Below are positions 28,642 through 39,600 of a stretch of DNA of 64,000 nt, in pieces. The stretch lies in the IMG/VR virus record IMGVR_UViG_3300026484_000087, positions 142,245-206,244 of that record; one strand, 5' to 3'. The notes under the pieces were generated by a model. The model was given only the letters and a program-made list of their open reading frames with translations. It ran no database searches and was not told where the DNA came from. A program made the translations under genes and the position numbers. Positions within the stretch are counted from its first letter, which is position 1; every line of letters begins with the position of its first letter.

Positions 28642-28940
28642 TGTTCCTCCTCAATAGGATCCAGATTATACTTAGGTATGGAATATGCTTTCTTTTCTTC
28701 TTTTATTTTGTCAAGTGTTCTTTGCGTTTTTCTAACCTTTTCTAATAATGTCCTGTCTAGAGGCGTTTGTATCGCATCTTGTAAATCAACAATACTTACT
28801 TCAAACCCATCAGTACCCGTGGTTGAAGCTATGGCACTTTTAAGTTCTTCCATAAATTCATCTGGAGTTTGTTTAGATTGTGAAACTATCTTTATATCAC
28901 CAACTATCTTCTGTTTAAAGTTGTCCATGACTAATTCCAT
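28638..28940 (-). CDS. Hypothetical protein
   Basis: 100 aa, overlapping both neighbours. Confidence 0.65.
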   Translation of the reverse strand: MELVMDNFKQKIVGDIKIVSQSKQTPDEFMEELKSAIASTTGTDGFEVSIVDLQDAIQTPLDRTLLEKVRKTQRTLDKIKEEKKAYSIPKYNLDPIEEEQ

Positions 28941-29650
28941 GCATAAAGATGATCACTAACATACCCGCATGTAGCAATAATCTCTTTTTCCATAACCGCT
29001 CTACCAGCTATCATCTCAAGACTTGTTGCATCTACATACATATCGTTCTCTTCAGCAAATTCCATAAGGTCATCTGGTAAAGGTATATGGTCTATCCAAC
29101 CATCGAACCCTTCAAGTATCTCAACTTTACGATCTGGATGAACTACATATAGCCTATACCATTTACATGTATTTTCTATAGTGATAACTGGTTTATCAGC
29201 TTTAGTATGTCTATATACTAATGGTACGTTTCCTTTAGTACTATAGTATGTAGTATAGTCATCATCTATAATAGTTAAACCAATTAACAAATCTAAAGCT
29301 TTGAATATATTGAATTTAATATCGTCTGTAGCATCTTTAACTGCTTCAGGGATGCTGCAATCTAATGGTGTTAGCATGTGTAGGTTAGAGAAATCATTTA
29401 TAACTTCACCAGTACTTATATTAACTACTTTATAACACCTATATTCAGGAGATTCATTCTCAAATCTAAAGTATCCTGGTTTTATGACTACAATCATATC
29501 GCCATAGTAAGGCATGCTGTTGTGCTTATCTTGCTTATAAACTACATGGCCGAATTTAATAACTTCCCCATTAGCATCTAGATGACTTAAACATTTTTTA
29601 CCATCGTAATATAAATATCCATCTCTTATTTCAATATTTGATTTTTTCAC
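28931..29650 (-). CDS. Hypothetical protein
   Basis: A GTG start at 29650 after AAAGGAG removes the 46-nt overlap implied by the track's TTG start. Confidence 0.7.
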   Translation of the reverse strand: MKKSNIEIRDGYLYYDGKKCLSHLDANGEVIKFGHVVYKQDKHNSMPYYGDMIVVIKPGYFRFENESPEYRCYKVVNISTGEVINDFSNLHMLTPLDCSIPEAVKDATDDIKFNIFKALDLLIGLTIIDDDYTTYYSTKGNVPLVYRHTKADKPVITIENTCKWYRLYVVHPDRKVEILEGFDGWIDHIPLPDDLMEFAEENDMYVDATSLEMIAGRAVMEKEIIATCGYVSDHLYAWN

Positions 29651-29664
29651 AATATCTCCTTTTA

Positions 29665-29970
29665 TTAAATATTGCCTGTCTGAATTAACTCTATTTGCCC
29701 AGTACCCCAATCTTTATTAATGTCATGTATTTCTGGATTAAAACGGATCCTACCGTCAGCTTCTGGTAAACCAAGAGCGTATGAGTTTTTACCATTATCC
29801 TCATTCGGATAGTATTTTTCATGATTTCCATTTTTCTTAAGAAATTCAATCGTTTCCGATAAAGGAATGTTATTATTTCCAACATTTATTTTATGTTCAA
29901 TACCATATATAGAAACTATGTTGTTAGCAGTATCTACAATATGAATATTGGGTTTAATCATTTTATTCAT
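29665..29970 (-). CDS. Hypothetical protein
   Basis: 101 aa, AAGGAG RBS. Confidence 0.65.
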   Translation of the reverse strand: MNKMIKPNIHIVDTANNIVSIYGIEHKINVGNNNIPLSETIEFLKKNGNHEKYYPNEDNGKNSYALGLPEADGRIRFNPEIHDINKDWGTGQIELIQTGNI

Positions 29971-30306
29971 TTATTCTCCTTTTTCAATTTTGGTTGTTAA
30001 TATTTTACATATTTCATCCGTATTTAAATTCGGACCTATAAGCAAGTCACCTGTTTCAATTGTCTTTTCTACATTTACATAATCCGTAGCCCATATTTCG
30101 ATACCAAGAATTCTTGATATCATAGTCATAACTTTTGTTCTACGTTCGTTTGTAAGTAGTTCCGATATTGGTTTAAAGCTATTAAACTCAACTCTTCTCC
30201 GTGTTGTACGTCCAAGCATACCCTTTTGTTCTATGTGGACATCTACATTATCTCTTATTAGAGTAGTTATAATATCAGCAATCATTATACTTGTTTCTAA
30301 TTTCAT
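29971..30306 (-). CDS. Hypothetical protein
   Basis: 111 aa, AGGAG RBS. Confidence 0.65.
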   Translation of the reverse strand: MKLETSIMIADIITTLIRDNVDVHIEQKGMLGRTTRRRVEFNSFKPISELLTNERRTKVMTMISRILGIEIWATDYVNVEKTIETGDLLIGPNLNTDEICKILTTKIEKGE

Positions 30307-30314
30307 TCTATCTC

Positions 30315-30587
30315 CTATTTACTAAATGTCAATGGTCCTAGATTAATAGGATTATTAAAACCATCTATTATATGGTTATGTCCATGTATAATAATTTGAT
30401 CTTTTAGATCATGATGATCGCTTCTCACTAGATTCATATCACCAATGTGTCCATCTATTATATCTGCGATTTCATCGTTGCAGTATATAGTATAATCAGC
30501 ACTATAATTAGTAGTATCAAATTTCTTTTTTAAACCTTGGTCTATCTTTTTAAGAAGGGTAAACAGAGTTTCAGATTTATTTGTCAT
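30315..30587 (-). CDS. Hypothetical protein
   Basis: ATG 30587 after GGGAG, 90 aa. Confidence 0.6.
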   Translation of the reverse strand: MTNKSETLFTLLKKIDQGLKKKFDTTNYSADYTIYCNDEIADIIDGHIGDMNLVRSDHHDLKDQIIIHGHNHIIDGFNNPINLGPLTFSK

Positions 30588-31239
30588 TATTTTTTCTCCC
30601 AAACATACTAGATAAAACCTCATGTAATAGTTTAGTATCATCTACACAGAAACTCATCATTTCATCGGTAGATATATTAAAACAATCTTCAGGTTTACCG
30701 ACATATTTAATTGTTTTACCTAATTCAGCCTTAGCCATATCATTTAATGTAAAAGCATGTTCTTTTTTCTTATTGTTGTTATAGAAAGTAACCATGTCTA
30801 AGAATTTAAAGTTAATAGGCAATTCAACTGTATAAGTATACTTCCATACATCCAATGGTTTTATTTTATCACCATCCATAGTTGTTCTTTCTACAACTAT
30901 ATTGACATTCTTATCAGGATACTTATTATCAGGGTCCACAAGTTCTCTTAAAGGAACTCCTAAAGCTTCAGCACGATGACTGATGAGACTTAAGAATGTA
31001 TCTAAGAAACTTATTAAAACATAGTCATAATTAAGAGAATCTAAACTTCTAAAAAAACATTGTATCATTGATTTCTCATCTGGAAAATCGCTAATATTAA
31101 ATGTGAGCGTGCTACCGCATGGGTTGTTATCTTTTACGATAACAAACCCAAACATTGGACCATAGCCCATATTTTCTTTTAAAAATGAATACTCAAAATC
31201 TATAACAGCTATTTTACTGTGTCGATTTACATTATACAT
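30577..31239 (-). CDS. Stand-alone DnaQ-like 3'-5' exonuclease (PolB-proofreading-like)
   Basis: ExoI VIDFE, ExoII-like FLD...RAEALG, FLDM, TLNDMAKAELG and ExoIII FCVDD. Confidence 0.7.
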   Translation of the reverse strand: MYNVNRHSKIAVIDFEYSFLKENMGYGPMFGFVIVKDNNPCGSTLTFNISDFPDEKSMIQCFFRSLDSLNYDYVLISFLDTFLSLISHRAEALGVPLRELVDPDNKYPDKNVNIVVERTTMDGDKIKPLDVWKYTYTVELPINFKFLDMVTFYNNNKKKEHAFTLNDMAKAELGKTIKYVGKPEDCFNISTDEMMSFCVDDTKLLHEVLSSMFGRKNNDK

Positions 31240-31432
31240 GGTTAAACCCTATAAAACAATTAGGCATTTGATACTCTGGAAATTCCTTAACGAATTTATC
31301 TTTAAGGCGTCTAAACGTATCTACATCATCATCTTCAAACGATACCAACATTAACTCAAGACCATCAGCTATTGCTTTCTTGTCTAACTCTCTTAATTCA
31401 GCAATGTCCGCTCTTAAATCATCTACGCTCAT
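31232..31432 (-). CDS. Hypothetical protein
   Basis: 66 aa, AGGAG RBS. Confidence 0.6.
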   Translation of the reverse strand: MSVDDLRADIAELRELDKKAIADGLELMLVSFEDDDVDTFRRLKDKFVKEFPEYQMPNCFIGFNHV

Positions 31433-31478
31433 TTTCTACTCCTATTTTTTTATTTACATTATACATAATACATTATCT

Positions 31479-31883
31479 TTATTCTATAATGAATGCATCA
31501 TCTAATGATTTGAACTCCATCTCACTAATTTCTGAACGGATGCTATTACTATTGCCAGATAATGAGATACATGAAAACGACCCATCAGTTTCATGTACTG
31601 ATACGTTATAATTGTCACATTTTATATCCTTAACAGTTTTACCAGAAATCCATTTTTCAAAGAATATATCATTATCCATATCAGGATCTTTATCCACGTG
31701 TAATGTTAGAACATAAAGATTACCATGACAAAGCACCCATATCTCTTGTTCAGTTATAACCATTTTATCTACATCAGTAGCACTGCCAATAAAAGTCTTA
31801 TTACCATCAATAACTGTAAAGTTAACTGAATATTTAGTCTTTTCTACTTTTACTTTAAAACCATTTTTATTAAATTCTTGCAT
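31479..31883 (-). CDS. Hypothetical beta-rich protein
   Basis: ATG 31883 after GGAG. Confidence 0.6.
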   Translation of the reverse strand: MQEFNKNGFKVKVEKTKYSVNFTVIDGNKTFIGSATDVDKMVITEQEIWVLCHGNLYVLTLHVDKDPDMDNDIFFEKWISGKTVKDIKCDNYNVSVHETDGSFSCISLSGNSNSIRSEISEMEFKSLDDAFIIE

Positions 31884-31994
31884 CTTATATCTCCATTTCA
31901 TTTATTTAAATACTGCTTATTGTCAGTATGTCTTATTTTACGCCAAGTTTACTATTATACCAATGATTGTCATTTTTTTATTTTTCACTAGATA

Positions 31995-33056
31995 TTATAG
32001 TTCCTTATTTAAAATCTTAGTTACAATATTAGAACCAACCTCACCTTTTTTATCATATACTGATCTAGTAAACACATCACCAACTGTTTCAGCCTGTAAG
32101 TAATCATTAGTTAAAATAAGACTGCCTGCATGTTTAATCTTTTTTATATCACCAGTAAAGTAAACTGTCTTCTTATCCTTATGAAATAAAGCATACGTTG
32201 CAACAGATACCCATGCATGAGACCTATATTTAGGTATGTATATAATTACCACTTTAGCATTGTCTACTTTAGCAAGTATATCATTCTTAATCTTTTCTGA
32301 ACTATCAAGATCATATGTTAACAATCTACGCTCCATTTGAAGTTTAGAATTGTATGTATATTTAGCCATGAAGTCTTTCTTATCATCAAGACGTTCTTGC
32401 ATCTCTTTTCTAATAGCTAAGACTTTACCACATGCTTTCATAAACATATTATTAACAGATACTTTACCTTCTAAATCAGCTCTCTTAATCTCAGCTTCAA
32501 GTTCTTCCATTCTAGAAACAGTACTATTTCTAATTGACGTTTGGCCATAGTAGAATATAATGGCATCTTTAAGTTCTTTCTTTCTAAGAACCTCATCACG
32601 CTGTTGATTTAGTTTAATAGCAAAAGCATCTACGCCCGCATTACTAATAATACTCTTAGCTCTAAATGTCAATACCGTACCATGACTATTGCTTAATCCA
32701 GTTGGCATCATACCAGTTACTAAATAATTCATTCCATAATATCCCTCAATAAGCAATATTATTTCAAAATCTGATGGTTTTGTTTCAGGTTTAAGTGGTA
32801 CATTGAAAGTTTCATATAGCTTAGTATATGCATCTATAAACTCAGTACCGCCAGGCAATGTCATTAGATCTGTGTAATCTAAATCTAAATGTACGGAACC
32901 AATCATTTTTTTAATATTATCAAATGTAACCCCACCACTAACTAATGAATCGCCTATCTTAATAACATTAACTAAACATCTACCCGTGATCTCTTCCATA
33001 CGTCTATTGCTATGCGTAGGTACCATAAAGTAATTTTCTGTTAAATCTAGTTCCAT
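31995..33056 (-). CDS. Hypothetical protein with central coiled coil
   Basis: 353 aa, AAGGAG RBS, first gene after a class I motif plus hairpin. Confidence 0.75.
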   Translation of the reverse strand: MELDLTENYFMVPTHSNRRMEEITGRCLVNVIKIGDSLVSGGVTFDNIKKMIGSVHLDLDYTDLMTLPGGTEFIDAYTKLYETFNVPLKPETKPSDFEIILLIEGYYGMNYLVTGMMPTGLSNSHGTVLTFRAKSIISNAGVDAFAIKLNQQRDEVLRKKELKDAIIFYYGQTSIRNSTVSRMEELEAEIKRADLEGKVSVNNMFMKACGKVLAIRKEMQERLDDKKDFMAKYTYNSKLQMERRLLTYDLDSSEKIKNDILAKVDNAKVVIIYIPKYRSHAWVSVATYALFHKDKKTVYFTGDIKKIKHAGSLILTNDYLQAETVGDVFTRSVYDKKGEVGSNIVTKILNKEL

Positions 33057-33088
33057 AATGAACTCCTTGTTTATTGTTATATTTATTC

Positions 33089-33120
33089 GATACTGCCTAG
33101 TATCTATTTTAATAATATAT
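33089..33120 (-). promoter_or_regulatory. Class I promoter-like ATATATTAT plus GATAC-TAGGCA-GTATC hairpin
   Basis: Copy 3 of 4. Confidence 0.7.
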
Positions 33121-33214
33121 AACTATAATAATGTTGAAAATAAAACTTTAACAGTTAGCATATGTTTGATAATAAACATCTATAAAGATATGATGATAAA
33201 CAAAGGATAAAATA

Positions 33215-34657
33215 ATGGCTATTAAATTTAATGTACCAAAGCCTAGACAGGCTAGAATATTAATAAACATCGGTGCCTCATTTGACATCCCTACAGGTTT
33301 CCCTGTAACTGGTGCAAAAGGTGAAACAATATGGAATGGTGGTATTGGTTTAACTACAGGTATCATTGGTAGAAGCAATAACTTTAAATCTTCTATTATG
33401 CATTATATGATGTTATCTGCAGCAGATAAGATAGCATATACTCATGAAACATCTATGCATCTTTATGATACAGAGGTTACAGCTATACCTGAAAGATTGG
33501 ATGCTTTAGGTAATCAATTCGAACATCTTGGTAAGGATGTAGCTACTAGGGAAGATCCATCTTTAGTCATAACTGATAAATCGCAATACGCTGCTGATGA
33601 ATGGGGTAGTCTTTTAAAAGCGTTTCTATCTGAAAAAGAAAATGATAAGAATTCTATTATTGATTATACTGCATTCAGAGATCCAAATACTAAAGGTATG
33701 CTTAGAACACAGGTTCCCACATTTGTAGAGATAGATTCATTATCTGAATTTGAAGCAGGTACTACTATAGAGATGCTTAATAAGAGTAAGTTAGATGATG
33801 GTTCTACAAATACTTTATTCATGAGACAAGGTTTATACAAATCTAAATTCTTAGCAGAACTACCTAGACTTACCACAAACAGTAATACATTCTTTTTTAT
33901 GTCGGCTCATCTTGGCGAGGAGATAGCTATGGGTTCTAGTCCTTATTCTCCTGGACCAACTAAGAAATTACAATTTTTAAAAGTCGGCGATAAGATTAAG
34001 GGCGTATCTGATAAGTTTTTATTCTTAATGTCTAATGCATGGTATGCTAGTGGAGTATCTGTACTCAAAAATCAAACAACTAGACAAGCTGAATATCCAC
34101 TAGATAATAAAGCTGATTCTGCAGAAACTGAGTTGCAGGTAGTTAGATTAACGCAACTAAGAAGTAAGTCTGGTATATCTGGATATACATTAGATATAGT
34201 TGTTTCTCAAAATGAAGGCGTTCTACCGACACTTACAGAGTTCCACCAAATAAAAACAAATGGTAAATTTGGTATATCTGGAAGTAACCTAAGTTATAAC
34301 TTAGATCTTTTACCAGATGTTAAACTTAGTAGAACTACGGTTAGAACTAAAATAAATACAGATCCTAAACTTAGAAGAGCTATAAATATCACTAGTGAGC
34401 TAGCACAAATGTATAAGTTCCATCCGAAGTTAAATGAAGATGGCTTATTATGTAGTCCAATGGAATTATATGAAGATATAACTAAAATGGGTTATGATTG
34501 GGATTTATTATTAAATACAAGAGGTTGGTGGACTCCTAATAACTATGAAACTGAAATACCGTTTCTAAGTACTATGGATTTACTTAAAATGAGAAAAGGT
34601 TTATATAAACCATTCTGGTATCCAAAAGATAAATTAAAAGATATAAAGGAATTATAA
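33215..34657 (+). CDS. uvsX: UvsX/RecA-like recombinase (phiKZ gp152-like)
   Basis: Walker A variant GRSNNFKS, YDTE, Walker B VEIDS and QLRSKSG. Confidence 0.8.
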   Translation: MAIKFNVPKPRQARILINIGASFDIPTGFPVTGAKGETIWNGGIGLTTGIIGRSNNFKSSIMHYMMLSAADKIAYTHETSMHLYDTEVTAIPERLDALGNQFEHLGKDVATREDPSLVITDKSQYAADEWGSLLKAFLSEKENDKNSIIDYTAFRDPNTKGMLRTQVPTFVEIDSLSEFEAGTTIEMLNKSKLDDGSTNTLFMRQGLYKSKFLAELPRLTTNSNTFFFMSAHLGEEIAMGSSPYSPGPTKKLQFLKVGDKIKGVSDKFLFLMSNAWYASGVSVLKNQTTRQAEYPLDNKADSAETELQVVRLTQLRSKSGISGYTLDIVVSQNEGVLPTLTEFHQIKTNGKFGISGSNLSYNLDLLPDVKLSRTTVRTKINTDPKLRRAINITSELAQMYKFHPKLNEDGLLCSPMELYEDITKMGYDWDLLLNTRGWWTPNNYETEIPFLSTMDLLKMRKGLYKPFWYPKDKLKDIKEL

Positions 34658-34658
34658 A

Positions 34659-35078
34659 ATGGCAATCGGACATAACTTTGGGACAGCAGACTTATCTGCT
34701 GGCAATGTAAAAAATACTGAAAAGAAGATCTCTGCATTAGAGATGTTTAATACTAAAAGAGTTGCAGGTGAACCTGATTTAGTAGCGATAGTAGCTAGAG
34801 ATATAGCTACTACTTATGGTGATGTAGCATCTGCTATGTTCTTAAATGATAGTGAAATTAGTAGTGTTAAAGAGCTTAATCCTGTTAGTCAGAGAATAAT
34901 CATTAATAAATGGTTTACTAGTAGTTTGTTAATCTACAGATCACATACTGACAATAAAGATGTTGCTGAGATCATGATGCATGTTATTAATGATGGTACA
35001 GTAGATCAATGGTTTGAACATCTTAGGGATGTAGTTATTTTATTCTTTAAAAAGAATAACGTTCTTGGTATAGCATAA
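34659..35078 (+). CDS. Hypothetical protein
   Basis: 139 aa, 1 nt after uvsX. Confidence 0.7.
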   Translation: MAIGHNFGTADLSAGNVKNTEKKISALEMFNTKRVAGEPDLVAIVARDIATTYGDVASAMFLNDSEISSVKELNPVSQRIIINKWFTSSLLIYRSHTDNKDVAEIMMHVINDGTVDQWFEHLRDVVILFFKKNNVLGIA

Positions 35079-35115
35079 GCTATTTACTTTGATAATTAAA
35101 TAAAAGGAAACAGAT

Positions 35116-35937
35116 ATGAAAGAATCTACATTCGAGATGAGATATGCTAAAGTTCTTAATAATGAAGATGATAAAGAATGCAATAATAGAAGAGTAGCCA
35201 TAAACATTATAGGTACTCTTCCTATTTTAGCTGGTACATTTATGGATAGAATAAGTGGTGATGATGGTGCTAGTTATGGTCTTATAGATAGCATTACTAC
35301 GGATACTCCGCATGGAAAGAAAGACAACAAGAATTTCTTGTATGACGATGAAAAAGATACCGATGGTAATCTAGTTAACCCTGATAGATATGTATTCTTA
35401 GGAAATGCACAAAGTATGGTTAGCAAATTATTTGCTTCTATATATTACGATGCGTTATTTAATGACATTATAGTTATCCCTGATATTTATTCTTTAGGTA
35501 TTGAAGATGAAAATATAGATTTCTATAAGGACAATGAGATGACCTTAAATGCATATAGTGTTGGTAGAGGTCAGTTCAAGGATAGACCTTTTAAAGAACT
35601 TACTATACCTATAGATCAAATAGATAGCGACGGTATGCCGCAACCGGATAAGTTTGATAAGACTAAAACATTATTAGTTACTACATATGGTTTAGCTATA
35701 AATTCACTATGTACATCGAATACTACAGTTGTTAACGATGGTGGTGAAACAAGCTATATCGGTGCTGATAAAGTTGTGCCTTTACAATATATTCAGTTTC
35801 CAGATAATTCTGATATTTATGATGAAGTACCACCATTAAATACCCATAATCTAATACAGCAAACACATGCTGGATTGTCTGTAGATTTCGTTGGTAAAAG
35901 ACTCATTACTAAAATGATGATTCCTTTAAACTTCTAA
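35116..35937 (+). CDS. Hypothetical (possibly virion) protein
   Basis: 273 aa, AAAGGA RBS, in an operon with the RNAP subunit. Confidence 0.65.
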   Translation: MKESTFEMRYAKVLNNEDDKECNNRRVAINIIGTLPILAGTFMDRISGDDGASYGLIDSITTDTPHGKKDNKNFLYDDEKDTDGNLVNPDRYVFLGNAQSMVSKLFASIYYDALFNDIIVIPDIYSLGIEDENIDFYKDNEMTLNAYSVGRGQFKDRPFKELTIPIDQIDSDGMPQPDKFDKTKTLLVTTYGLAINSLCTSNTTVVNDGGETSYIGADKVVPLQYIQFPDNSDIYDEVPPLNTHNLIQQTHAGLSVDFVGKRLITKMMIPLNF

Positions 35938-35946
35938 GGATAAGTT

Positions 35947-36636
35947 ATGGATAAAAAAAGAAAAGAAGTTCAAGATTTTATCCTTAAGTATGTAGACAAA
36001 ATAGCTCCTGGTGGATATAACCATGGGCTATATGTCGATCTATTTAAGAAAATGTCAGATAAAGATTTTAAAGAGTTTATGATAAAGCTTAGAGATAAAG
36101 ATTTAACCATATCTATAATAGCTCCTGTTAGCGGTAAAGTAAAATTAGATACTAAACGTAACTTTAAGATAGGTAAAGAATTAGGCTACGATTTCTTTCA
36201 ACCTCTTATTATAGGTCCAAAAGGTAATAAAAAAGATGGTACTTATATACCTAAGTTTAAAACTAATATAAAATATCTTACATACGATCTTCCTATTAGA
36301 AGAACTGCACAGTTACTTATGAAAGGTGTTTCTGTTGGTACGGATAATAAAGTTATAGATTTAACTACTGGACAAGTTACTGGTGATTCTAAATCTGCTA
36401 AACTAACAAAACCTGAGCTTGAATTATTAGTTGGTATGGGATTAGATAAAAGTATAAAAGAGCTAATGAAAGTTAGGGGTGGTGATTTAGGTTCAGCAAG
36501 AGCAGCTGAAGCTTCTATAAGTAGAACAGGACAAGTTAGTCAAGACGCTATAGAACCGTACGGCACTGGAGTTGTATCTACTAAAACATTAAATACTATG
36601 TTCAATGCAGCACATTTAAAAACGACATTAAAATAA
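35947..36636 (+). CDS. Virion RNA polymerase beta C-terminal subunit (phiKZ gp149-like)
   Basis: P.RR..QLL.K, ID..TGQVTG.SK..KLT.PE and ELMKVRGGD motifs of the split beta subunit. Confidence 0.8.
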   Translation: MDKKRKEVQDFILKYVDKIAPGGYNHGLYVDLFKKMSDKDFKEFMIKLRDKDLTISIIAPVSGKVKLDTKRNFKIGKELGYDFFQPLIIGPKGNKKDGTYIPKFKTNIKYLTYDLPIRRTAQLLMKGVSVGTDNKVIDLTTGQVTGDSKSAKLTKPELELLVGMGLDKSIKELMKVRGGDLGSARAAEASISRTGQVSQDAIEPYGTGVVSTKTLNTMFNAAHLKTTLK

Positions 36637-36637
36637 C

Positions 36638-36671
36638 TACTATAGATGATGGAAATCCATCATCTATAGTA
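36638..36671. terminator. Bidirectional terminator-like hairpin
   Basis: TACTATAGATGATGGA-AA-TCCATCATCTATAGTA between convergent genes. Confidence 0.75.
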
Positions 36672-36677
36672 TTGCCG

Positions 36678-39600
36678 TTATTTTATCTCAGTAGTATCTT
36701 TAGTAACCACATTAGGTTTATCTACAGTTTCATCTTCATAAACTATAGTTTTTAGTTCATTTATATTAACTAAACCATTTATATCTATTTCATTATTTAT
36801 AGAAATAGTATCTTTTGTTTTATCTAAACTACCTTTAAGTTTAGGACTATACATATCTACAGGAGTTCTATTATCGCCTATCACATTAGGTTTACTAGAT
36901 TTATCTCTATCCATATCATACATAATTGTTCTTGTTGTACTAACATTTATTTCACCTATTACTACATCCGTATTTATATTAGATGTTTTATTTGTTTCAA
37001 TATCTTTTGTTCTACTTAACTTAGGTTTAAACATTCCTACATCTACTTTACCATCAGTAGCTATTAAAGCTGGTGTACTATCTACCCCATCCTCATTACT
37101 ATATATAATAGTATTTAACTCGCTACTTATAGCAAGACCAGTAAGATCATTAACATTTATAACTTCAGTATCCTCTAATTCTAAAGTTTCTGTTTTTGGC
37201 ATAACTGGAACAAACATGTTGTCTAATTCATTATCTATAGAACCAACAAGTTCAGGTACTATAGTTTTAGCCAAATTGTTTTCCTCTACCCTACCAATAC
37301 CAGTAACATCCTTTTTGGTTTTACTACCTTTAATTGTATTGTCAACAACATATTCAGTATCTTTGAAAACAATCTCTACTGATTTATTTATTTTAGGTTT
37401 AAACATATCTACATTAGAACTCATATCACCTATTAATTCAGCATCATTGTTTGTATTTAAATCTTTACTATATAATAGGGCTTTAACAAACTTGCGATTA
37501 TATGTACCAGTGAATGTATCTGTAGTTAAAGTATATGTTTCATTTAACTTATATCCTTTAGCTGTACTAGTTGGACTAAACATATCATCTAGATCACTAT
37601 TTACAGAACCATATAGTACGGGGTTAAGGTCTCCCGCTATAACTGGTGACATATTAAGAAGTATACCATTGGTAGTTTTAACTCTTTTACTACCAACAAT
37701 AGTCTCAGTAATTATGCCATCTATATCATCGGCTCTATTGCTAATAACGTCTGTTACTAAAGGTTTGAATAGGTTAAGTGCAACATCATTGTTTCCTATT
37801 AAAGATCCAACTTCATATTCACTTATCTCACCATTTTCACCATACATTATTATTTTATTTATATCTTGTAGAACGTTACCTTTATAATTTATACCTTTAG
37901 GTATAGAATCAAGGATATCCTTTTCATCTACAGAACCTGTTTTAAAATCAGGTTTAAATAATGTTAATGTTGATAAATTAGTATTAAATTTACCTATAGG
38001 AGCAACATCTACCCATATATCTTTACTATTTATATCCATAGTAATTTTATTGGCATCACTTCTACTTGTACCAGAGACAGTACTCGTATTAATTGTAGTA
38101 TCCAAACCATCAACTTGTTCATTGGAGTTAACTCTAAACTTAGGATGATACATCTCTATTATGTTCTTAGTAGTATTGAAGTAAACATTAGGTTCTATAT
38201 CACCATCTATAACATTACTTGTATTATAGAACATCATTTCATTCTTACCAGTAACACTACCCATAGGAACATAGTTTTCACTGTAAGGATTTCTTACAAC
38301 TTCATCTATACCGTAAGTTATACCGTCAACTTTTGGAGAGAACATATCTATGGTTTTATAGTTTCTACTACCTCTAAGTACTGGCTTGCTTCCATCATTA
38401 GGTCTATTATCTATATCTTCTAATAATACTTCCATATGATTATTGATATATCTACCTTTACTAGTATCAAAGCTGCCAGCCACTATTCTATATGATTCAT
38501 TTATACTAAATACTTCAGATCTAGGCTTATAAAGTTTAGTATCAGCTTTTCTAACAGAACCGTATACGTTTGGTTTATTAGAGCTTTCTATATCCATTGT
38601 TTCATTAAACATAGTAAGTACATTATGATCATTATTTAAAGAACCATTGTATCCATAATTATTTTTCATTGGAACAAGATCTTCTGCTAATGGGTTATAG
38701 ATATTTGAAACATTTGGTTTAAAGTAATCCAAAACTCTCATACCAGTATCTATGATAGCAGTTGGTTTATTATTTTCTAAAATATCATCTGTATACATTC
38801 TAAGTTTGGTTGTATTTATTTGTACTCTACCAAAACCTTTGGTAAAGTTACTTACGAATGCTAATGTAGTATCCTCTACACTAGTATTTAAAGCTACAAT
38901 AGGATTAAACATATTTATAATACTATTATTAGTAGATACCTTAAATGTAGAAATTTCACTAGACCACAATTCTTTACTAATAACAGACATACTCACCATA
39001 TTTCTATGGTTATTAGTTTTACCCATAACAACCGTTTTGGATGCTGAATAATTTATACTAGATACTTCATCATTAGTTATGCCGCTAACTATAGGACTAA
39101 ACCAATTAAGTACGTCTTTATTAACGTGTCCTAGAACATTAGGTATGGTACTAAAATCCTCATATAGTTTAACATCCGTAACGCCTTTACCAAGATTACC
39201 ATACATACTTACTCTATATTCTATTTCAGAATTAAGTACTTCCCTTTCTTTCTTATCCATGCTAATATTAGGAGAATACATATTCACTGTACCAAATTCA
39301 CTAACAAAAGATAATACTGGAAGGGTGCTGTTTTCAAGATCATGATGTAATTGCATATCCATTTTAACAGGAGTATTTAAAACAGTACCTGATAATTTAT
39401 TTACGGTATTTATACCATCTATAAACGTTCTATCAAAACCACCATTGGATAACAGGATAGGACTATACATTGTTATAGAGGCTTTTTTGCTCCTACTTAT
39501 CATAGTTGTCTGTTCTACAATAATATCAGTTTTATCAACATGCATTGTAATAATATTATCATCAGTTCTAGATGAACCATGAATAAACTCATTTTCTGTT

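Noticed and set aside
29651-29885. Apparent three-frame overlap or programmed frameshift near 29.7 kb
   Set aside because: It is resolved by an AAAGGAG-GTG start at 29650, so no frameshift is needed.
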